Made by a program: the position numbers and the translations under genes. Below are positions 6,903 to 14,074 of a DNA stretch of 24,000 nucleotides, piece by piece (the first letter of the stretch is position 1; the number at the start of each line of letters is the position of its first letter). The notes below the pieces were generated by a model. The model was not told where the DNA came from, did no database searches, and saw only the letters and a program-made list of their open reading frames with translations. Source of the stretch: Anaerolineaceae bacterium (lineage in GTDB: Bacteria; Chloroflexota; Anaerolineae; Anaerolineales; Anaerolineaceae); contig JAYFRD010000032.1 of assembly GCA_034926255.1 (NCBI GenBank), forward strand, positions 25,565 through 49,564, in the 5' to 3' direction.

Positions 6903-8231
6903 TTAGGCTTTCTTGCCAAATTTTTTGCCAAGAATGTCATTGAGGGTTGGGGTGCCGATATCCTGCAGCTCATAGCGCACGCGCTGATAGGGCTTATTAA
7001 TTTTGAGAACACGGGTAAGGTCAATGGGGGTGCCAACGATAACCATATCCACATCCGCCTTGTTAATGGTATCTTCGAGGTCTTTCACCTGTTGGCCGCC
7101 GTAGCCCATAGCAGGAAGGATTGTGCCGGTACCCGGATATTTTTTGTAGGTATCCGCAATGGTACCTACAGCAAAGGGACGTGGGTCCACAATTTCTTTG
7201 GCACCAAAGCGGCGGGCAGCCACATAGCCTGCACCGTAGGTCATTCCGCCATGGGTAAGCGTGGGGCCATCTTCCACAACCAGAACACGCTTGCCGCGAA
7301 TAGCATCGGGGTCATCTACAAAGAGGGGGCTTGCACCTTCAATGATGATAGCATTCGGGTTGAGGCGATGCAGATTTTCGCGCACGGAAATGACTGCATC
7401 GGGGTTGGCCGTATCCACTTTGTTGATAACAAAAAGGTCAGCCATACGCACATTGGTCTCACCGGGGTAGTAAGCAACTTCGTGGCCCGGGCGATGAGGA
7501 TCGGCAACTACAATCAGAAGGTCCGTTTTGTAGAAGGGGAAGTCGTTGTTGCCGCCATCCCAAAGCACGATATCCACTTCCTTTTCCGCTTCACGCAGAA
7601 TAGCTTCGTAATCCACACCGGCATAAACGATGACGCCGTTATCCAGATGAGGTTCATATTCCTCGCGTTCTTCAATGGTGCACTCGTGCTTATCGAGGTC
7701 CGCATAGCTGGCAAAGCGCTGCACGCGCTGCTTTACAAGGTCGCCGTAAGGCATGGGATGGCGAATGGCAGCCACTTTATAGCCAAGGTTAATCAAAATT
7801 TTGGAAACTTCACGGGTAGTCTGGCTTTTACCGGAGCCGGTGCGTACAGCACAGATACCAACCACAGGCTTAATGGATTTGACCTGGGTGGCGTTGGCGC
7901 CCATCAGTTTGAAATCTGCACCAAGCGCATTTACCTGAGCGGCCTTATGCATGACATATTCATGAGGAACATCGCTGTAAGCAAAAACAACTTCATCGAC
8001 CTCGTGTTTTTTGATGAGGTCAGCCAGTTCAGATTCCGGGTAGATATCAATGCCATTGGGGTAGAGCTTGCCGGCCAGTTCAGCAGGATATTTGCGGCCT
8101 TCAATGTTGGGGATTTGGGTGGCAGTAAAGGCAACAACTTTGTATTTATCATTATCACGATAGTACGTATTAAAGTTGTGGAAATCACGCCCCGCTGCGC
8201 CCATGATCAGTGTACGAATAGGTTTTTCCAT
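6903..8231 (-). CDS. P-loop NTPase of the COG2403 / cyclic-2,3-diphosphoglycerate-synthetase-like family (function in bacteria unclear)
   Basis: N-terminal IMGAAGRDFHNFN and the P-loop-like CAVRTGSGKSQTT. The family assignment is from memory of this architecture, not a search. I set the start at ATG 8231 (AAGGAG lies 9 nt upstream) rather than the TTG at 8234. Confidence 0.6.
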   Translation of the reverse strand: MEKPIRTLIMGAAGRDFHNFNTYYRDNDKYKVVAFTATQIPNIEGRKYPAELAGKLYPNGIDIYPESELADLIKKHEVDEVVFAYSDVPHEYVMHKAAQVNALGADFKLMGANATQVKSIKPVVGICAVRTGSGKSQTTREVSKILINLGYKVAAIRHPMPYGDLVKQRVQRFASYADLDKHECTIEEREEYEPHLDNGVIVYAGVDYEAILREAEKEVDIVLWDGGNNDFPFYKTDLLIVVADPHRPGHEVAYYPGETNVRMADLFVINKVDTANPDAVISVRENLHRLNPNAIIIEGASPLFVDDPDAIRGKRVLVVEDGPTLTHGGMTYGAGYVAARRFGAKEIVDPRPFAVGTIADTYKKYPGTGTILPAMGYGGQQVKDLEDTINKADVDMVIVGTPIDLTRVLKINKPYQRVRYELQDIGTPTLNDILGKKFGKKA

Positions 8232-8270
8232 CAATCCAATCTCCTTTAAATAAGCGAATTACTTCGGATT

Positions 8271-10022
8271 TTACATCAGTTGGGGCGCTTTGATACCTAA
8301 AATCACCAAAACTTCCTCTAATGCAATACGGGCGGCATCAACGAGCGCAAGACGCGCATTTTGGATCTTTGGCTCTTCTCCAAGCACTTTACACTGATTG
8401 TAGAAATCATTGAAAATGCGCGCAAGTTCATAGGCATAGACCGCAATGAGAGAAGGTTTTAGTTCCTTCGCGGCACGCTGAATTTCATCAGGGAGTTTAG
8501 AAATCTTTTCAATAAGGTTTACTTCCGGGGTGGAAAGCAAGTAATCATAGTGCGGATCCTTTATTTCAATGCCCGCCGCTTTACGCAAAATAGACTTAGC
8601 CCTTACCGCAGCATACTGAATATAGGGGGCAGACTGACCTTCAAAATCGAGGGCGGTCTGCCAGTCAAAGGTGACGATCTTCGTGTTTTCGCGGGAAATC
8701 ATGGGGTATTTGATTGCCCCGAGGGCAACTTCCCGGGCGATGGAGAGCATAGATTCCTGCGGCAGAGTAGGGTTCTTTTCACGCACGACCGAGAGGGCAC
8801 GCTCGGTTGCCTCGCGAACCAGGTCATCCAAGAGAACTACGGTGCCATCACGAGAGGACATTGTTACATTCCCGGGCAGGTTCACAATTTCATAGGCCAG
8901 ATGATGGATTTGAGAGGCCCAGGGGTAGCCCATCAACTCCAGCACTTTTGCCATCTGCTTCATATGCAAGCTTTGGCGTACATCAATAACATAGATTGAT
9001 TCAGCCAACCCATACTCCTCAAATTTCATGACAGCCAACGGAATTTCCTTGGTGGCATAGAGAGAACTGCCATCAGACCGCAAAATAACCACCACGCGAT
9101 ATTCTTCCTTTGTGCCAAGCAGCTCATCCAAGTTGATAATGACCGGATTTTCAGGTCTTCCATCCTGTGCCAGGCCGCTGCTGATGAGATGGTGCACTAC
9201 GTCCTTGCCGGAATCTTCCACTTCACTCTCAAAATAGATACGATCAAAGCGGTAGCCCATCAACTCGTAAACCTGCATCATGCCTTCCATAGACCAGGCA
9301 CGCGTTTTTTCCCAAAGTGCAATGACATCAGGGTCCTGGGCATCCCATCTGGAAAAATAAGCCCGCACTTTTTCTTCAAAACCGGGTTCATCGCTGAAAC
9401 GGCGATCTGCCTCGGTGTAGATATCGCTCATCCAACGCATTTTGTCGGCAGAAGGTTCTTCGCCCTGGTGGTAGGTTTCATAATTGCACATCCATTTGAT
9501 AACGTGCAGTCCAATATCCCCAATGTAATTTGCCCGGATGACGTTTCTGCCGCTGGCCTCCAGCAAATTGCAAACTGCTCCACCCAAAATCATATTACGC
9601 AAATGGCCAACGTGCAGGGGTTTATGCGTATTGGGGTTAGAGTATTCAACCATAACCGGTTTGCCGGCAGGCTGATTATAGCCAAAGCGGTTGCCTTGCC
9701 TACGCACTTCTTCCACTAATTGCTTGGCGAAATAAGGGGTGCTGAAGTAGAGATTAACATAGCCTTTGACGGCCTGCACACGGCTGATGCCGGGGATTTG
9801 TGAGAGACTGCCCGCAAAAGCCTCAGCCAGGTTTTGGGCATGCAAGGGAACAGGCAAAGATTTGCGCGGATCGGCCGCGGCAACAGGGAAGAAGGGCAAA
9901 GCCAGCCCCCATTCGCCTGAAAAGGGCAGGCCTCGCCAGCCCAAAAGAGCCTGCTGCAAGTGGCGGTCTGCGGCAAATTGATCAAATTCTTTTTGAATCA
10001 GGGTCTTCTCATGTTCGAACAT
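8271..10022 (-). CDS. argS: Arginine--tRNA ligase
   Basis: Class I HIGH motif HVGHLRN, the MSSRDG (KMSK-equivalent) motif, and a C-terminal anticodon-binding domain. Length is 583 aa. Confidence 0.93.
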   Translation of the reverse strand: MFEHEKTLIQKEFDQFAADRHLQQALLGWRGLPFSGEWGLALPFFPVAAADPRKSLPVPLHAQNLAEAFAGSLSQIPGISRVQAVKGYVNLYFSTPYFAKQLVEEVRRQGNRFGYNQPAGKPVMVEYSNPNTHKPLHVGHLRNMILGGAVCNLLEASGRNVIRANYIGDIGLHVIKWMCNYETYHQGEEPSADKMRWMSDIYTEADRRFSDEPGFEEKVRAYFSRWDAQDPDVIALWEKTRAWSMEGMMQVYELMGYRFDRIYFESEVEDSGKDVVHHLISSGLAQDGRPENPVIINLDELLGTKEEYRVVVILRSDGSSLYATKEIPLAVMKFEEYGLAESIYVIDVRQSLHMKQMAKVLELMGYPWASQIHHLAYEIVNLPGNVTMSSRDGTVVLLDDLVREATERALSVVREKNPTLPQESMLSIAREVALGAIKYPMISRENTKIVTFDWQTALDFEGQSAPYIQYAAVRAKSILRKAAGIEIKDPHYDYLLSTPEVNLIEKISKLPDEIQRAAKELKPSLIAVYAYELARIFNDFYNQCKVLGEEPKIQNARLALVDAARIALEEVLVILGIKAPQLM

Positions 10023-10050
10023 AATTTTTCCTCGTTGTCAGGGTGCAAGG

Positions 10051-10059
10051 ATTATAACA
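10051..10059 (-). promoter_or_regulatory. Extended -10 promoter element (TGtTATAAT) upstream of argS
   Basis: The reverse complement of 10051-10059 reads TGTTATAAT. I found no good -35. The element lies about 30 nt upstream of the argS ATG, and GAGGA sits 5-6 nt before the start. Confidence 0.45.
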
Positions 10060-10110
10060 TTCACCTACCATCAGCTTTTTTAGATTGCCATAGATGTAAA
10101 CTCAAGTTAA

Positions 10111-10145
10111 GAAAACGCAAAAACGGGAGCTCAAAGGCTCCCGTT
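10111..10145 (-). terminator. Intrinsic terminator after rpsT
   Basis: A 9-bp stem pairs 10122-10130 with 10137-10145, with loop tcaaag. On the minus strand it is followed by TTTGCGTTTTC. Confidence 0.7.
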
Positions 10146-10167
10146 AATAGTAAGAAAAAGGAGGGAA

Positions 10168-10434
10168 TCAGTCTTCGAGCGCGTTGAAGCGAGCCATCAG
10201 ACGAGATTTGCGGCGGGCAACGTTGTTCTTATGGAGAACACCCTTGGTAGCAGCATGGTCAAGTGCTTTAATAGCAGCCAAAACTTCGGTTTTGGATTCT
10301 TCCTGCTTGCCAGATTTGAAACTGGCGAGGGCCTTGCGAACCATGGTGCGGGCAGAGCCGCGATAGACACGATTGCGCTTGCGAGCAGCATCGTTCTGTT
10401 TATTCCGTTTAATCTGAGACTTAATATTTGCCAA
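10168..10434 (-). CDS. rpsT: 30S ribosomal protein S20
   Basis: ANIKSQIKRNKQNDAARKRN... is the canonical S20 N-terminus. I reassigned the start from the ORF-track TTG at 10446 to TTG at 10434, because GGAGG (10440-10444) lies 5 nt upstream of it. This gives 88 aa. Confidence 0.9.
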   Translation of the reverse strand: MANIKSQIKRNKQNDAARKRNRVYRGSARTMVRKALASFKSGKQEESKTEVLAAIKALDHAATKGVLHKNNVARRKSRLMARFNALED

Positions 10435-10473
10435 ATCTTCCTCCAAACTAACTTACATATTGCACGAACCTTT

Positions 10474-10502
10474 ATTTTACTGATTTTTCTGAAAATGTCC
10501 AG
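10474..10502 (-). promoter_or_regulatory. Candidate rpsT promoter
   Basis: On the minus strand: TGGACA (10497-10502), a 17-nt spacer, then TAAAAT (10474-10479). Confidence 0.45.
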
Positions 10503-10536
10503 CCCGAAAAGTTGATTTTGTTGTTATTCAGGGATT

Positions 10537-11377
10537 ATGTCACCCCTCCGAAGAAGAAAGGACGCCACAAACACCACTGCACGCGGCTGGCAAAGCTTCA
10601 TTTTGGGGAACTGGTACAGTTGGATGCAAGTAAGTATGCCTGGCCAGGCGATGGGGAGTCTCTGCATCGCATGGGGTTATAGATTACGCGACCAACCGGG
10701 TAGTGGGGCTTTATTTCGGCAAGGAAGAAAACCTGGAAAGCTATTGCGAACTGGTTGATCAGATGCATACATAACACATATGGATTGCCACAGACCTTCT
10801 ATGCCGATGGCGGGTTGATCTTTTTCTATGATTCCAAGCGGAAACACAAACTTAGTCTTGAGGAAGAGTTGGCCGGGATCAAAGAGAGTCAACGTCAGTT
10901 TGCGAGAGCCTGTCAGGAACTGGACATCCACCTCAGCTGGGCTTCGACCCCACAGGCGAAAGGCCTGATGAGCATGTTTGGTGCCCCATGCAAGACTGAT
11001 TACCCAAAGACTTCCGTCGTCTGGGCATTGATACCGCGCAGAAGGCCAATGCTTATGTGAAACGCTTTATGCAAAGTTGGAACCGTAGACACGCCCATGC
11101 CCCTGCTGAACCGGAAAGTTTCTGTTCTGCCCGAAGGCAACTATCCGAACTGCAGATCCACTTTGCTGTACAGGCACAACGCTCCTTGTACAAGGCGGTG
11201 ACCTTCTCCTATCATGGCAAGACCACTCTCCTGGCAGACAAGCACCGTTCTACCTCCCATGAGGAGCGCATTGCCATTGTTTCCAGCAAACATGTAACCA
11301 TACAAATCCTCTATCAGGGTCAACAGATTTTGCCGGTGAGTCTGTCGATTCATTTAGTCCAAACGTCAAATCATTGA
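10537..11377 (+). pseudogene. Degraded, 5'-truncated DDE (rve-type) transposase, IS481/ISNCY-like
   Basis: Transposase-like blocks are spread over three frames with in-frame stops: GELVQLDASKYAW, YGLPQTFYADGG, FARACQELDIHLSWASTPQAKG, then by frameshift DEHVWCPMQD*LPKDFRRLGIDTAQKANAYVKRFMQSWNRR, followed by a C-terminal tail to 11377. The N-terminal HTH part is absent. Confidence 0.75.
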
Positions 11378-11419
11378 TTGGGGTTACATAAACTACAAAA
11401 ATGGGTGTCAGGGCTGAGC

Positions 11420-12157
11420 TTAATAGTTAACGTAATATCTGTATTTTGAGCCAATATAGTAACACAAGTTGTGTTCCGAAAACTCCAAACCGGAAGTGTG
11501 ACTGACTTTCACGCTTTTTAATACCGGTTCAGTTGGCTTAATTTCGAGTTTTTGGGCAATTTCAGGCGATGGCAGGATTGACTCCAAGTATTCTCGGGCA
11601 GTTGAGAAAAAGATACCGAATTTGCCAAGGTACTCATAGAAAGACTGATAGTAATCTTGTGGATTCGTAGAAAAATCCCGTGTAAAGGGGAAGGTATTAA
11701 TCGAATAGGCTACAATTTCATTTTGATTAACTGCCCTTATTCTGCGTAACTCAATCACAGGTTCGCCGGGTTTGATAGTCAATAAGCTTGCCATTACTTT
11801 TGTAGCCAGGACGACCTTGAGGTCAACACTTAAACTAATCGCGTTTTTTCCACGTTCCCGCATTTCATTTGTAAAACTTTTAATGAGGATGTTATCTTGT
11901 AGCCCCTCATTAGGTTGTTTTACAAATGTCCCTTTACCACTTTGACGATAAAGCAAGCCTTCATTTGTCAGTTCGAGGATTGCTTTCCGTATCGTTATGC
12001 GGCTAACGTTATAAACTTCACAAAGTTCTGTTTCAGTGAGAATCTGATCTCCTGGTTTCCATTCTCCGTTCAATATGCGGTAACGAAGATTTTCCTGAAC
12101 CCCATAATACTTGGGCAGTTTCTTATTACTCGGGAGCATAGATCCTAGAGATGACAT
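11420..12157 (-). CDS. GntR-family transcriptional regulator, HutC subfamily (UTRA effector domain)
   Basis: Winged-helix signature ELCEVYNVSRITIRKAILELTNEGLLYRQSGKGTFV, followed by a ~150-aa UTRA-like C-terminal domain. AGGA lies 4 nt upstream of the ATG. Confidence 0.85.
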   Translation of the reverse strand: MSSLGSMLPSNKKLPKYYGVQENLRYRILNGEWKPGDQILTETELCEVYNVSRITIRKAILELTNEGLLYRQSGKGTFVKQPNEGLQDNILIKSFTNEMRERGKNAISLSVDLKVVLATKVMASLLTIKPGEPVIELRRIRAVNQNEIVAYSINTFPFTRDFSTNPQDYYQSFYEYLGKFGIFFSTAREYLESILPSPEIAQKLEIKPTEPVLKSVKVSHTSGLEFSEHNLCYYIGSKYRYYVNY

Positions 12158-12163
12158 ATTATC

Positions 12164-12607
12164 CTATTCAGAAAAAGAAAGGATTTGAGTGATTATTTCG
12201 TTTTTGTCCTTTGAACTGAACAATATTCTTCTAATTGTATCATCAAGCAAGTTCCTGGCAATGTTAGACAAAATTTTCAAATGTGTCTGATTTGCATTTG
12301 CCTTAGGAACCGCAATCGAAAAAATATGCTTTACTTTTTCACCTTCTGTCCATTGGATCGGTTTTTTTAGTCTCAGAATAGTGATCGATTCAGTAATAAC
12401 TGTATCACTCAAAGCATGCGGAATGGCAATCCCATTGCCCATGGCTGTGGGAATAATTCCTTCTCTTTCCATCAGGTCCCTGTAAACTGTGGATTGGTCT
12501 TTTACACGGCCTTCATTAAATAAGATCTTGGAAATTCTTTGAAAAACTTCTTGAACTGAAGATAAATCCTCATCAAATGAAATAAGCTGTTCCGTAATCA
12601 AATCCAT
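12164..12607 (-). CDS. PTS EIIA component (fructose/mannitol-type, PTS_EIIA_2)
   Basis: 147 aa, with the phosphorylatable His in the GNGIAIPHA context. GAGGA lies upstream of the ATG. Confidence 0.85.
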   Translation of the reverse strand: MDLITEQLISFDEDLSSVQEVFQRISKILFNEGRVKDQSTVYRDLMEREGIIPTAMGNGIAIPHALSDTVITESITILRLKKPIQWTEGEKVKHIFSIAVPKANANQTHLKILSNIARNLLDDTIRRILFSSKDKNEIITQILSFSE

Positions 12608-12619
12608 ATTTCCTCACTG

Positions 12620-12652
12620 GTGAGATGACTCAGACTTGCTGAGTCATCTCAC
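12620..12652 (-). other. Intercistronic perfect hairpin between the PTS IIC and IIA genes
   Basis: 12620-12633 (gtgagatgactcag) is the exact reverse complement of 12639-12652, giving a 14-bp stem with a 5-nt loop. No U tract follows on the minus strand. The IIA SD (GAGGA) begins a few nt after the stem. Confidence 0.6.
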
Positions 12653-12662
12653 TCCATTTTAC

Positions 12663-13742
12663 TTAGGCAACCGTAGAGAGACCTTCTTCTTGTTCTTCTT
12701 CATCTATGTCGGGTACATAATCTTTGGATAACAAACCGATCATCAATGCACCAACAATCGTTCCAATTACTGCACACAACAAGTATAAGGGAATGTTATT
12801 GACCAACGGAAGCGTAAAGATACCTCCAATTGGAGCGGTGAGTGTAAGTTTAAACAAGCCCGCAAGCGCACCAGCTAGAGCAGTTCCAGTCACAATTGAT
12901 GGGATGACCACTTTCGGGTTTTCAACCGCAAACGGGATAGCACCTTCGGCGATAAAACTTGCACCCATGATCCATGCTGGCTTCCCCGCTTCTTTCAGTT
13001 CCGGCGAGAATTTTTTGGGAAAAAGGATTGTTGCCAAAGCACAACTTGAACTAATGCACATTGCAGAGCATCCAACCGCGCCCATGGCAATCGAGGGTGC
13101 GGTGGTACCTGTTGCGCTTGTCAGTGAAGCAACTGCAAAGAGATAGGCCGCTTTATTGATTGGACCACCCATATCAAAAGCTATCATAGCTCCAAGAACA
13201 GCACCCAATATCACGGCACTGCCGGTGCTCAATGACTGCAAGATGCCATTCATAAAACTGTTGATTGGAACCACAACATAGTTAACAGGAATCATAACTA
13301 ATGCAGTAAGAATTACACCAAAAATCGGGAAGACAATCAGAGTCTTTGCCCCTTCAAAAGACCTGGGAAGACCGCGAGTTATGTAGCGCAGTAATTTGAT
13401 AACGTAGCCAGCTGCAAAACCACCCAAGATCGCTCCCAAAAAGCCGGAACCACCATCCTTGGCAAGCAAACCCGCAACCATGCCAGCCAACAAGCCTGGC
13501 CTGTCTGAAATTGAGTAGGCGATGTATCCAGCAAGGATCGGTAACATTAAGCCCATTGCCAGCACACCCACATTTAGTAACCAGGCCGGAACAGCTGTTG
13601 TGGTACCAAATGTAGGCAAGCTTGCGTTTTTCGCGTCAAACAGAAATGCAAAAGAAATTAATACGCCACCAGCTACAATAAAGGGTATAAAATGCGAAAC
13701 CCCAGACATTAGATCACGATAAACTCTGCTCTTCTTTTTCAT
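12663..13742 (-). CDS. PTS EIIC component, fructose family
   Basis: 359 aa and polytopic. It has the fructose-type IIC blocks GGPINKAAY and FIAEGAIPFA. GAGG lies 5 nt upstream of the ATG. Confidence 0.88.
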   Translation of the reverse strand: MKKKSRVYRDLMSGVSHFIPFIVAGGVLISFAFLFDAKNASLPTFGTTTAVPAWLLNVGVLAMGLMLPILAGYIAYSISDRPGLLAGMVAGLLAKDGGSGFLGAILGGFAAGYVIKLLRYITRGLPRSFEGAKTLIVFPIFGVILTALVMIPVNYVVVPINSFMNGILQSLSTGSAVILGAVLGAMIAFDMGGPINKAAYLFAVASLTSATGTTAPSIAMGAVGCSAMCISSSCALATILFPKKFSPELKEAGKPAWIMGASFIAEGAIPFAVENPKVVIPSIVTGTALAGALAGLFKLTLTAPIGGIFTLPLVNNIPLYLLCAVIGTIVGALMIGLLSKDYVPDIDEEEQEEGLSTVA

Positions 13743-13744
13743 AT

Positions 13745-14074
13745 CTACCTCTGATATTTATAAATTTCCAATTCGTTTTTTTCAACCAGTTCAATTACCT
13801 GCCGAGCCCGATGAATAGCCTCACCAGTTGAAATCTCGATCAAAGACTTCCCATCAAACCTCTTCATGGGAACGGTCGTATCGGCAGCAATGATTACAGC
13901 CACTGCCTCATTGATATCCTCTGGTGTAAGTGTGTTTTCTCTGCCACCTGCTCCGTCAGTTTCAATTTTGACCGTGTAGCCCTTCTTGTTTCCTGCCTTG
14001 ATAATGCTTTCAGCAGCCAAATATGTGTGTGCAATTCCAGCCGGGCATGAAGCCACTCCAACAATTTTTTTCAT
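13745..14074 (-). CDS. PTS EIIB component, fructose type
   Basis: Phospho-cysteine loop VASCPAGIAHTYLAAE. Length is 109 aa. The start overlaps the GH38 stop as ATGA (14071-14074). Confidence 0.88.
   Translation of the reverse strand: MKKIVGVASCPAGIAHTYLAAESIIKAGNKKGYTVKIETDGAGGRENTLTPEDINEAVAVIIAADTTVPMKRFDGKSLIEISTGEAIHRARQVIELVEKNELEIYKYQR

Noticed and set aside
6831-8249. 472-aa plus-strand ORF running the whole length of the COG2403-like gene on the opposite strand
   Set aside because: This is a shadow ORF. It has no recognisable motif and an odd I/F/N/G/V-rich composition. The minus-strand frame has a P-loop, family-like blocks, an AAGGAG RBS and a downstream terminator.
9960-10187. 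75-aa plus-strand ORF spanning the argS-rpsT intergenic region
   Set aside because: It crosses the argS promoter and the rpsT terminator, has no SD and has a basic low-complexity tail.
10435-10446. Four extra N-terminal codons (MEED) on rpsT in the ORF track
   Set aside because: These bases form the GGAGG Shine-Dalgarno for the TTG start at 10434.
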